Source: Callorhinchus milii
Lineage: Eukaryota
Reading direction: 5' to 3'
Assembly: GCF_018977255.1 (NCBI RefSeq)
Contig: NW_024704742.1
Span: 72,356,001 to 72,420,000, forward strand
DNA length: 64,000 nucleotides
Shown in pieces: positions 37,976-49,999 of the stretch; the stretch's first letter is position 1; the number at the start of each line of letters is the position of its first letter. The translations under genes and the position numbers were made by a program. Below the pieces are notes generated by a model. That model was given only the letters and a program-made list of their open reading frames with translations. It did not search any database and was not told where the DNA came from.

Positions 37976-40635
37976 GTGGGCTGTGTGTGTGTGTGTGTGT
38001 GGTGGTCCGTGCGTTGTGTGTGTGTATGTTGATGGGTGTATTGTGTGTGTGTGTGTGTATAGTGGTGGGTGTATTGTGTGTCTGTGTGTATGTTGATGGG
38101 TGTATTGTGTGTGTGTGTGTGTATATAGTGGTGGGTGTATTGTGTGTGTGTGTATGGTGGTGGGTTTATTCTGTGTGTGTATGGTGGTGAGTGTAGTGTG
38201 TGTGTATGAGGGTGGGTGTATTGTGTATACAATGATGGGTGTGTGTATAGTAGTGGGTGTATTGTGTGCGTATACGGTGGTTGTTGTATTGTGTGTGTGT
38301 GTATGGTGGGGGTTGTATTGTGTGTGTGTGTACGGTGGTGGTTGTATTGTGTGTGTGTGTACAGTGGTGGTTGTATTGTGTGTGTGTCTACAGTGGTGGG
38401 TGTATTGTGTGTGTGTGTATATAGTGGTGGGTGTATTGTGTGTGTGTATGGTGGTGGTTGTATTGTGTGTGTGTATGGTGGTGGGTGTACTGTGTGTGTG
38501 TGTATGGTGGTGGGTGTATTGTGTGTGTGTGTGTACAGTGGTGGTTGTATTGTGTGTGTGTATGGTGGTGGTTGTATTGTGTGTGTGTACGGTGGTGGGT
38601 GTACTGTGTGTGTGTGTATGGTGGTGGGTGTATTGTGTGTGTGTGTGTACAGTGGTGGTTGTATTGTGTGTGTGTGTACAGTGGTGGGTGTATTGTGTGT
38701 GTGTACGGTGTTGGGTGTATTGTGTGTGTGTGTTTGTATATAGTGGTGGGTGTATTGTGTGTGTATGGTGGTGGTTGTATTGTGTGTGTGTATGGTGGTG
38801 GTTGTATTGTGTGTGTGTACGGTGGTGGGTGTACTGTGTGTGTGTATGGTGGTGGGTGTATTGTGTGTGTGTGTGTGTATGGTGGTGGGTGTATTGTGTG
38901 TGTGTATGGTCATGGGTGTTGTGTGTGTTTGTATATAGTGGTGAGTGTTGTGTGTGTTTGTATATAGTGGTGAGTGTTGTGTGTGTTTGTATATAGTGGT
39001 GGGTGTATTGTGTGCGTGTATGGTGTTGGATGTATTGTATGTGTGCGTGTGGTTGTGGGTGTATTGTGTGTGTGCGTGTGGTTGTGGGTGTATTGTGTGT
39101 GCGTGTGGTAGTGGGTGTATTGTGTGCGTGTGTGCATGGTGGTGGGTGTATTGTGTGTGTGTATGTTTGTGTGTGGTGGTGGGTGTAGTGGGTGTGTGTG
39201 TGTGTGTGGTAGTGGGTGTAGTGTGTGTGTGGTGGTGGTGTATTGTGTATGTGTATGGTGGTGGGTGTATTGTGTGTGTGTGTATGGTGGTGGGTGTATT
39301 GTGTTTGTGTGTGTGTGGTGGTGAGTGTACTGTGTGTGTGGTGGTGGGTGTATTGTGTGTGTGTATGTGTGTGTGTGTGGTGGTGGGTGTATTGTGTGTG
39401 TGTGTGTATGGTGGTGGGTGTATTGTGCGTGTGTGTGGTGGTGGGTGTATTGTGCGTGTGTGTATGGTGGTGGGTGTAATGTGTTTGTGTGTGTGTGTGT
39501 TGGTGGGTATATAGTGTGTGTGGTGGTGGGTATATTGTGTGTGTGGTGGTGTGTGTATTGTGTGTGTGTGGTGGTGGGTGTATTGTGTGTGTGTGTGTGT
39601 GTATGGTGGTGGGTGTATTGTGTTTGTGTGTGTGTGTTGGTGGGTATATTGTGTGTGTGGTGGTGGGTATATTGTGTGTGTGGTGGTGTGTATATTGTGT
39701 GTGTGTGGTGGTGGGTGTATTGTGCGTGTGTGTGGTGGTGGGTGAATTGTGCGTGTGTGTGTGGTGGTGGGTGTCGTGTGTATGTGTACGGTGGTGGGTG
39801 TATTTTGTGTGTGTGTCTATGGTGGTGGGTGTATTGTGTGTGTGTATGGTGGTGGGTGTATTGTTTGTGTGTATGGTGGTGGGTGTCGTGTGTATGTGTA
39901 CGGTGGTGGGTGTATTTTGTGTGTGTGTGTATGGTGGTGGGTATATTGTGTGTGTGTATGGTGGTGGGTGTATTGTGTGTGTGTACGGTGTTGGGTGTAT
40001 TGTGTGTGTGTGTTTGTATATAGTGGTGGTTGTATTGTGTGTGTTATGGTGGGTATTGTGTATACGGGTGTGGGTGTATGATGGGTGTGTGTATGGTGGA
40101 TATATTGTGTGTGTGTTTGTATATAGTGGTGGGTGTATTGTGTGTGTGTATACAGTGGTGGGTGTATTTTGTGTGTGTGTATGTATGGTGGTGGGTGTAG
40201 TGTGTGTGTGTATGGTGATGGGTGTTTTGTGTGTGTGTGTATATATAGTGGTGGGTCTATTTTCTGTGTGTGTATATAGCGGTGGGTATATTGTGTGTAT
40301 GTGTATAGTGGTGGGTGTATGATGGGTGTGTGTATGTTGATGGGTGTATTGTGTGTGTATGATAGTCTGTATTGTGTGTGTGTGTGCGTGTGGTGGTGGG
40401 TGTATTGCGTGTGTGTGCGTGTGGTGGTGGGTTTATTGTGTGTGTATGGTGGTGGGTGTATTGTATGTGTGTGTGTATGTATGGTGGCGGGTGTATTGTG
40501 TGTGTGTGCATAGTGGTGTGTGTATTGTTTGTTTGTACATGGTGGTTGGTGTAATGTGTGTGTGTATGGTGGAAGGTTTATTCTGTTTGTGTGGTCATGG
40601 ATGCATTGTGTGTGTGTATGTTGATGGGTGTATTT

Positions 40636-40980
40636 GGCTCTGGAACTCCATCCCCAGTGCCTTCGCCGCTTCCTCCTTTTCCTCCTTCAAGGCCGGTCTC
40701 AAGACCTTTCTCTTTGACCGAGCCTTCAGCTCCCCTCTCGACTCTCTACCCTCCTCGCTCCCTCCCTTCCCTCCCCTCACCCTGACCATTTCCCTCCTCC
40801 TCGCTCCCTCCCTTCCCTCCCCCTCACCCTGACCATTTCCCCCCTCCTCGCTCCCTCCCTTCCCTCCCCTCACCCTGACCATTTCCCCCCCACTGCTCGG
40901 TCCTGACCCAACTGTCCAGCGCCTTGGGACGTCCTCCCGACTTGAAAGGCGCTCTATAAATGGAATCTTGTTGTTGTTGT
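40636..40980 (+). mobile_element. L2 3' tail inserted in the TG satellite, with an internal ~46 bp C-rich unit x3
   Basis: LWNSIP..FKAGLKTFLFDRAF; tail ggcgctctataaatggaatc(ttg)n. Confidence 0.88.
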
Positions 40981-42396
40981 ATTCTGTGTGTGTATGGCGG
41001 TGAGTGTGTGTGTGTGTGTGTGTGTATGAGGGTGGGTGTATTGTGTGTGTGTGTATGGTGGTGGGTTTATTCTGTATGTGTATGGTGGTGAGTGTAGTGT
41101 GTGTGTATGAGGGTGGGTGTATTGTGTATACAATGATGGGTGTGTGTATAGTAGTGGGTGTATTGTGTGCATGTGCGGTGGTTGTTGTATTGTGTGTGTG
41201 TGTATGGTGGGGCTTGTATTATGTGTGTGTGTACAGTGGTGGGTGTATTGTGTGTGTGTGTGTGTGGTGGTTGTATTGTGTGTGTGGTGGTGGGTGTATT
41301 ATGTGTGTGTGTGGTGGTGGGTGTATTGTGTGTGTGTGGTGGTGGGTGTATTGTGTGTGTGGTGGTGGGTGTATTGTGTGTGTGTGTGTGTGGTGGTGGG
41401 TGTATTGTGTGTGTGTGTATGGTGGTGGGTGTATTGTGTGTGTGTGTGGTGGGTGTATTGTGTGTGTGTGTGTATGGTGGTGGGTGTATTGTGTGTGTGT
41501 GTGGTGGTGTGGTGTGTGTGTGTGTGGTGGTGGGTGTAGTGTGTGTGTGTGTGGTGGGTGTATTGTGTGTGTGTGTGGCGGTGGGTGTGTGTGTGTGTGG
41601 TGGTGGGTGTATTGTGTGTGTGTGGTGGGTGTATGTGTGTGTGTTTGTATATAGTGTTGGGTGTATTGTGTGTGTGTGTGGTGGTGGGTGTATTATGTGT
41701 GTGTGTGTGGTGGTGGGTGTATTGTGCGTGTGTGTGTGTTGGTGGGTGTATTGTGCGTGTGTGTGTGTTGGTGGGTGTATTGTGCGTGTGTGTGGTGGTG
41801 GGTGTATTGTGCGTGTGTGTGGTGGTGGGTGTATTGTGCGTGTGTGTGGTGGCGGGTGTATTGTGTGTGTGTGGTGGTGGGTGTATTGTGTGTGTGTGGT
41901 GGTGGGTGTATTGTGTGTATGTGTGTGGTGGGTGTATTGTGTGTGTGTGGTGGTGGGTGTATAGTGTGTGTGTGTGGTGGTGGGTGTATTGTGTGTGTGT
42001 GGTGGTGGGTGTATTGTGTGTGTGTGTGGTGATGGGTGTATTGTGTTTGTGTGTGTGGTGGTGGGTGTATTGTGTGTATGTGTGTTGGTGGGTCTATTGT
42101 GTGTGTGTGGTGGTGGGTGTATTGTGTGTGTGTGTGGTGGTGGGTGTATTGTGTGTGTGTGTGGTGATGGGTGTATTGTGTTTGTGTGTGTGGTGGTGGG
42201 TGTATTGTGTGTATGTGTGTTGGTGGGTCTATTGTGTGTGTGTGGTGGTGGGTGTATAGTGTGTGCGTGTGTGGTGGTGGGTGTATTGTGTGTGTGTGTG
42301 GTGGTGGGTGTATTGTGTGTGTGTGTGTGGTGGTGGTTATATTGTATGTATGTGTATGTGTGTGTGTGGTAGTTGTATTGTGTGTGTGTTGTTTAT

Positions 42397-42628
42397 TGGG
42401 CAAGTTTCCTTACTCCACACACCTAATAATAATCCCTCCAAAAACAATAATAAATTGGTCATTTTCAATCTACGACTGTTTGTGGGACATTGCTGTGCGC
42501 AATTGGCTGCCGCGTTCGCCCACAAATATACAGTCAATTCACTTTACAGTGTGTTCTGTGAAGCGCTTTGGGACGTCCTCCCGACGTGAAAAGCTCTATA
42601 TCAATTGCAAGGATTATTATTATTATTA
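42397..42628 (+). mobile_element. tRNA-Ala SINE short subfamily, 5'-truncated
   Basis: Body and tail match the family. Confidence 0.9.
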
Positions 42629-42690
42629 TAGTATGGTAATGGGTGTATTGGGTTTGTCTATGTTGGTGGGTGTATGGTGGGTTTGTGTAT

Positions 42691-42971
42691 TAATAATAAT
42701 AATAATAATCGCATTTGCTTCACAGAACACACTGTAAAGTGAATTGACTGTATATTTGTGGGTGCATGCGGCAGCCAATTGCGCACAGCAATGTCCCACA
42801 AACAGTCGTAGATTGAAAATGACCAATTTATTATTGTTTTGGGTTTTGGATGGATTATTATTAGGCGTGTGGAGTAAGGAAACTTGCCCAAGGTTTCGCC
42901 CTCTGCCTGGAATTGAACTCAGGTCTCTCGCTTGCAAAACGAGTGCTCTAATCACTGAGCTACAGGACTCC
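42691..42971 (-). mobile_element. tRNA-Ala SINE short subfamily with a deletion of the 3' stem-loop
   Basis: Full head; gaagc joins directly to aaatgcgattatt. Confidence 0.9.
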
Positions 42972-44129
42972 AATTGTGTTTGTGTATGTTGGTGGGTGTA
43001 TTGTATGTATATACGGTGGTGGGTGTATTGTGCGTGTGTATAGTGGTGGGTTTATTGTGTATATGTTTATTGTGTTGAGTGTATTGTGTGTGTGTTTGGT
43101 GGTGGGTGTATTCCGTTTGTGTATGGTGGTGGGCGTATTTGGTTTGTTTGTGATGGTGAGTGTATTGTATGTATATACGGTGGTGGGTATATGGTGTGTG
43201 TGTACAGTGGTGGGTGTATTGTGTGTGTGTGTATGGTAGTGGGTGTAATGTGTGTGTATGATGGTGGGTGTATTGTGTGTGCGTATGGTGGTGGGTGTAT
43301 TGTGTGTATGTGTGTATGGTGGTGGGTGCATTGTGTGTATGGTGGTGGGTGTATTGTGTGTGTATGATGGTGGGTGTCTTGTGTGTGTATGATGGTGAGT
43401 GTCTTGTGTGTGTATGATAGTGGATGTATTGTGTGTGTGTGTGTGAGTGGTGTTGGGTGTATTGTGTGTATGGTGGTGGGTATATTGTGTGTGTGTATGG
43501 TGGTGGGTTAATGGGGTGTCTGTCTATGGTGTTGGGTGTATTGTGTGTGTACGCTGGGGTGTGTGGGTCGTGGTGTGTAAGCTGTGTGGGGTGTTTGTGA
43601 TGGGGGGATGAATAGGGGTGTTGGAGGTTTATGTGTTTGGTGCTAGTTGGAGTGGGCAGGCCTTATTGGTCTTGGAATCTTTGGACTGGAAATGCCTATT
43701 TGATCTGGTTACTTAATAATTCAATGTGAATTTATAGCTGATAAGGTCCATCCCGCCCCCGTTTCACCCACAAATACACAGTCAATTCACTTTACATTAA
43801 TAACATTTCATCTGAATGACAGAATTTCTGGTATTGAAGCACTCTCCCATTATTACATGAGTGTCAACAACAACAATTTGCATTTACATAGTGGCTTTCT
43901 TTGCTTAGGGTGTTCTTGCTTATGTCAGCCAGGACAAGGAGCTCAAATAGTAATAAAATCATGCTTACTTTTGATATAGTACCTATAACATCAAGAATGT
44001 TTCAAAGGGCATCATACAGTTCTGTCCTGACATGGGGCTCAAACCCACGTTCTGATCCAGAGTGCCACCAACTGAGCCAATTTGGTACTTATGATAATAC
44101 ACTCATGGCCAATTCATTTATTTTCCTCC

Positions 44130-44980
44130 ACATTTTAAAATATTTGCATCTGTTCAGTAGCAGAGGGGTGGAATACAAATCAAGAGGTGACATTTTTGCT
44201 GTATAAGGTGGTGGTCAAACCAGATCGTAGAATATTACCCCCCAGTTTTATTCACCTAATCTTAAAAAGCATATTATTGCTCCTGACGGTACAGAGACAA
44301 ACAATCAACATGATATATAGGAATCTGAATTGCGAGGAAAGGAAATTGGGCTTTTGAAAATAATAGACTTTGAGATGACATGACAAAAGCTTATCAAGAT
44401 CTGAAAGGGATTATCAAAGTTGAGGCAGATAAATTGCTCAATATGGTGAAAGTTTCAAACACCAGTGGAAACAAGCTGGAAATTATGAAGTTAGAAATAA
44501 GAGAAATCAAGTGGAACTTATTTTTACGTAAATGTAATAAACATAGAATAAGCTACCAGGTAAAGCCACTGAAGCCAATAGTATCAATAAATTCAAGAGG
44601 AATTTTTATATGAAGGAACTAAATACAGAGAAGTTTGATGGAGCCTTATGTCAGTATATAAATTTAAACAGGATTAAGAATGTAAACTTGGAACAATACT
44701 TTCAGTTGTGCTGAGACACTAGAACAAGGGAGCTGAGGTACAGGCTGCAAAGGAGAATTTCAGGGTAGATACCAGGAAGTATTTCTTGATCCAGAGGGTA
44801 ATTGATAACTGGAACAGTAACAGGAAGGGTGGCTGAGCTAGGGCAGTGAATGCATTTTATTAAAAAAAAACAATTTGGTTAACAGGAGGATGGTAGGGTG
44901 GGTATTTTGAAAGGTTTAACGTCATAAGAGCTGAAGGTCCTTTTTCATCCGAACCTCTCTGGTAATCTTATGGTCTGGAA
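44130..44980 (+). mobile_element. Old CR1 3' fragments
   Basis: agaggggtggaatacaaatcaagagg; actagaacaaggg..ttcttgatccagagggtaattgataactggaac. Confidence 0.65.
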
Positions 44981-46097
44981 AGTGTAGGTGTTGAGTGGCA
45001 AGAAGCATGTTAGTTGGGGCTAAGAACTATCAAAAAAAGGATGGGCTTGTTTGTTTTTTCAGTTCTAAATGTATGGTGGTCATCACACAGTGCACAGACC
45101 AAAGCACGTACAGTCTGTACACTTAAGGTGCATTGTAGAAATTACCCTTGGCATTGCATCAGTCCAGTTTGAACTCTTTTTTGCCTTTCTTTTAATGGCA
45201 TTGCCTTCATAAATTTGTAATGTTTTTGTGAAGAAGCAAACGCTCCAGGCTGTGCAGGTTGCACATAAACAACTGTACAAGTGAGTGGCCAGTGGAACTT
45301 CTGGCTGACAGGACACTGAATGGTTGGCAGTAGATTACAAGGCAATAATTCAATTGAAATTTCCAGATGATGTCATGAACCACAAGAGAGAAGCTTGAGC
45401 GTTTGGTCAGTCATGTGACCTTGAGATTGGATTACTGCCTGTAATTCTTTGTAGCTCATCAAACATTTGTTCTATCAGATAGATTTTTGTGATCTAAAAA
45501 TACATTTGTGAGTGGTTTTCTGAGCTAATTAAAGTAGACCAGAGTGATGTAGGAGCTTACATAATGCTAGGTAAGTAGGTAGACCTAACAGTATAAGCTT
45601 GTATCATTGGACCGTACAGAATATGGATATTGTAGTTGAATTATAGAGGAATCCATCTTCCTCTATCAGGTGAGAACTATTTATACTTCATTTCTTGGTC
45701 ACTCTGCATTATAAATTATGCTTTCTTTTTCCACAGATGCAGATTTTTTTAATGGAGTAACAGTACTAATGCTTGGTTTGCCTTTTTTTTTTCTGGCTTG
45801 GTTTTACCTAATCAGCTTGCTTTGTTACTGCTGTGCTTCTTTGTGTTTCCTTTTTGTGATGCATCTTTCTCATTGATATTGAGAATTTGCACACAGCAAT
45901 GTCATGAAGTGAAGGTCCAATTTTATTTTGAGGATTGTTCGCCAGGACACTGGGAGTAACTCCTTTGTCTTTTTAAGCAGTGCTTTGGCATCTTAATGTC
46001 CACCTGAACTGACAGGAGGGACTTAGGTTCATCTGAAAAATGTCACCTCCAACAATGCAGCACATCTGCAGCACTGCTTTGGAATATTAGCCTATAC

Positions 46098-46170
46098 CAA
46101 TGGTGGCCAAACCATGGCCCGTGGGCTGGAAGTGGCCCACAGGACCATCAACAAGTGACCCACCCAACAT
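46098..46170 (+). mobile_element. Probable hAT DNA-transposon terminus nested in a reverse Deu-SINE (45880-46300)
   Basis: CAATGGTGGCCAAACCATGGCCCGTGGGC resembles the CAGTGGTGGCCAAACC..GGCCCGCGGGCC ends of hAT/Charlie elements. Confidence 0.5.
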
Positions 46171-48358
46171 TCGCACTAGTCTAGCTGAGTCTGTTTTAAA
46201 TCAATGTATGGTATGAATCAAGAAATATTCAGTCAAGAAAATATATACTGGGTGTGGGGAACAAACCCCAATCTTCTGACTCGAGAGAACTACCAACATG
46301 TAGCAGCATGATTAGTTGTGAAAATTGTGAAAAAAGACCATATAGATTGATTGTTTGGGTCATATGAGATGATAAAAACATCTACAATTAATTATCGTTT
46401 TTAGGCCTTGTATTCATATGTTCATATATACATGTTAATCTACTTTGATGGTATCTTCCCTATAGTAAGCTGGATGATTATCATAACAAACCATGGTTCT
46501 TTCTGTGGTGCAACAGCCTCTCAGTAACCACTCATTACACAATGTGAAATGTATCTGCATTTATATGCAGATTCTTATTTCTTGTTTACATAGTGCTCCA
46601 TCAATACATCCTCCTGTCTCTGTTATGCAAAACAGACAGCAGAAGAAATAGACCACATCAACTCAGTGGTAAAATCTACTACTTGTTTCAATTTTTTGTT
46701 AACTATATCAGTTTAGTAGCACTGTTGAAAGAAAATACCACTTTGAAAGATGTCTCAGGTTCTGAAGGAAGCCAATAAAGCCTGACACACATTTGCCCTA
46801 TGAAAGTAAATCACTTGGAACCACTCAGGAGCCTCAGGGGGTCGTTGTGCTACATGCATTGTTGGGACAGTCAGCACCTGCCACATTCATTGCAGTTAAT
46901 AGCTGCTGCTGCTGAACAAAGAGGTTGCTTGCAATTGGCTAAAAATGACATAATGCTTTCAAGGAGTTGAGGTAATCTTTTGCAAAAAGAGACAATGATC
47001 TCAAGCAGCTGATTTGCTGAAGATTTCTGAATAACACACACAATTTGTGCTTTGGCAGCAGAATACTTGTTATTCACCTTCTCCCGAGAGCAGTTTGGGC
47101 CCAGCGTTTTTTTTTCACAGAGCTGTATTTTAGCTTGTGAACATGTCAGCAGGAAAATCAATTTAAGAAAATTGTGCAGAGGTGAGGCTGGACAATTTGG
47201 ATGGTTTCCTAATAATCCAACATTTTTATTTCCTTCAACTGAGAAAACAATTCAAATATACACCAAGACTTATGATCGTGATTGTTGGTATTTAACCACC
47301 AATCAATCATTTAGCTTTATAAACCTGTCTTTTTAGACATCAATAGGACTTGAAGTTGAGTTGTTTTTTTTAAAAGGGCACTGTCTGCTTTAATAAAGTG
47401 TACAAAAGTATGTTTGTTTGGGGAAGGAGAAACCTAGGCGCTTTTTGGTATAGTGGTACAAATATTTTGCATTACAGTTACTGTGTGGATGGGAACATTT
47501 AAAAAAAATATATAAATTATCTGGATTTAGGTAGAAGGAGCACAAGATCAAAATTTGCAGATGATACAAGAAAAGGGAACAGGCTAACTATGCAGAGGAC
47601 TGTGAGGTACTTCAGGAGGATATAGATTAGTAGATCCGATGGATAGATGGCAGCTAAAATTTAATGCAGAAATGTATGATGCATTAGTCTCTGGATGCTC
47701 TGGGACCCTCCCCTTGTGTGGGGCCCTATATATATTAGAATACATTAAAATATACAGCACAGAAACAGGCCATTTGGCCCAACTGGTCTATGCCGGTGTT
47801 TATGCTCCACATGAGCCTCCTCCTGACCTTCCTCAACTAAGTTTTCAAGCATAACCTTCTATTCCTTTCTCCCTCATGTACCTATCTAGCTTTCCCTTAA
47901 ATACATCTATGCTATATAAATGCAAGTTGTTGTTGTTTCAGCCTGGCTCAGTCAGAAGTCTGTGGGTTCTGGACTTTGAGTGCACCGTTAAGGTGACTCT
48001 CCAATTCGCTGCTGGGGGAGCTCTGTATTGGAATTGCCATTTTATACATTAAGCTGAAGTGTGCTATACATTTCTATGGTCTCGTAGTCTCTGGAATCCA
48101 TCTGCAGGATGAAAGATACCCATGTATAAAGAACAAACATGATCTGTGTGACAATTTTCTGTAGTGAACATAGGCAGGAATAACATTGAACTGAATGACT
48201 TGCAGTTGTTGTCCTGTTGAACTGAGCAAAAGTAAAGTGCAGATACAAGAGATGAACAAACAGCAATGGTTATCCAGGAGTTTTGAAAAAGGACAAAACC
48301 TCTCCAGAAAGGCTGTAACAGAATAATGTTGGAAGTTGAGGTAAAGGGATCCTTTAGG

Positions 48359-48885
48359 TGTCAGTTTGGCTTAGTTGGTAGCATTCTCTTCTTCAGATCA
48401 GAAGGTTAGGGGTCCAGGCCACATGTCAGGAATTAATCACATAATCTAACCTGACACACCAGTATAGTTCTGCCGAAATGTCATCGACCTGAAACGTTAA
48501 CTAATTTTCCTCTCTTCACAGACGCTGACTGACCTGCTGAGTGTTCCCAGCAATTTCTGTTTTTACACTAGTTATAGTACAGTACTAAAGGCAGTTCTGC
48601 ATTGTTGGAGTTGTCATTTTTTTGAATAAAAAGTTAAACCAATTTCTAACTGTTTAAATGGACGTTAAATATCCTGTGGCACAACTTGAAAAGAGAAGGG
48701 AGTTTCTCCTAGCCAACGCCTCCTGATTAAATAGTCAATCACCTCTTGGCTCTTTGTGAGGTTTCCACATGGCTGCTGTGTTTGCTTGCAAATTCAATCA
48801 CTACACTTGGCAGTAATTTCTGAGTGAGGTGCTTTGAGATACTTTACTGTGATCAGGTGCTAAAAAATGCAAGGTCCTTCTTTAT
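48359..48885 (+). mobile_element. Deu-domain SINE containing a Penelope-like insert at ~48468-48565
   Basis: Deu head and core either side of gacctgaaacgttaac..cacagacgctgactgacctgctgagtgttcccagcaatttctg. Confidence 0.7.
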
Positions 48886-49254
48886 TTGAAACTTATCTGC
48901 CTAAGAATCTAAAGTGACAGGAGCCATTATTTTTTGCCAACTAGGCTAGTGAGTCAGGTGGTAAAACAATAAAAAGGAGGGGAAGAGCAAAGGGACTTGG
49001 GGGTTAATGTACATAAATCTTTAAAGGTGGGATGGCAAGTGGAAAAAAACTGTCAAAAAGATAATGAAATCTTGGGTTTTATAAATAGGGGTATGGAATA
49101 TAAAAGCAAAGAGGTTATGCTAAACTGATATAAATTGTTAATTAGACCGCAGTTAAAATATTGTATTCAGTGTTGGTCACCCCACTTTAGGACAGACAAT
49201 TTAGGGCAATAGTGGAGGTGCGGAGGAGATTTTCTCAATTGATGAAGCTGGTAC

Positions 49255-49810
49255 AGACAACAACAACTTACATTTATAATAATAATCCTAAAATAATCCT
49301 TACATTTGATATAGCGCTTTTCACGTCGGGAGGACGTCCCAAAGTGCTTCACAGAACACACTATAAAGTGAATTGACTGTATATTTGTGGGCGAACGCGG
49401 CAGCCAATTGCGCACAGCAATGTCCCACAAACAGTCGTAGATTGAAAATGACCAATTTTTTTATTATTGGTTTTGGTTTTGGAGGGATTATTATTAGGCG
49501 TGTGGAGTGAGGAAACTTGCCCAAGGTTTCGCCCTCTGTCTGGAATTGAACTCAGGTCTCTCGCTTGCAAAGCGAGTGCTCTAACCACTGAGCTACAGGA
49601 CTCCACCAATATAGTACCCCTCACGCAGGGTAGCTTGCAGGAGTGCTTGACGGGCGGAGCACAACATCAAGCCGGGGGAAGGAGAGGTCACTGTAGGCAT
49701 GGTTGAATAGGAAGGTCTTCAGGCGCGACCTGAAAATGGGGAAGGTAGGGGCAAGATGGGAGGGATAGAGGAAGAGTGTTCCAGAGTCTCAGGGCTAAAA
49801 ATGGCCTTCC
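49255..49810 (-). mobile_element. L2 3' end with a full tRNA-Ala SINE (49275-49604) nested in its tail, inserted at the end of a plus-strand CR1 remnant (48940-49254)
   Basis: On minus: L2 ..gcgtgaggggtactatat [SINE] tataaatgtaagttgttgttg. Confidence 0.88.
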
Positions 49811-49999
49811 TCTGTGCCATAAATATTTGTGCTTCCATGGACTGTGCAGTGATTTTTGTGACATTACTGAACAGAAGATCCCATTATATCAGATCGATCG
49901 TATTATATTATCATATTAATGCTGTATCAGGTACAACAGATATCTCCGTTCCCTAAAATAACAAACCTGGTTGCTCGAGCGCAGGTGGCAGGAAACCAG

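Larger units (their letters stand above)
37980..43560. repeat. (TG)n / GGTGGTGGGTGTATTG low-complexity satellite, interrupted by an L2 tail and two SINEs
   Basis: Direct reading; the block at ~38170-38330 is duplicated at ~41070-41230. Confidence 0.95.

Noticed and set aside
37705..43367. Many CVCVWWWVY / HTHTQY ORFs
   Set aside because: Translations of the (TG)n satellite; no coding signal.
37980..43560. Resemblance to yeast TG1-3 telomeric DNA
   Set aside because: No TTAGGG units; the resemblance is compositional only.
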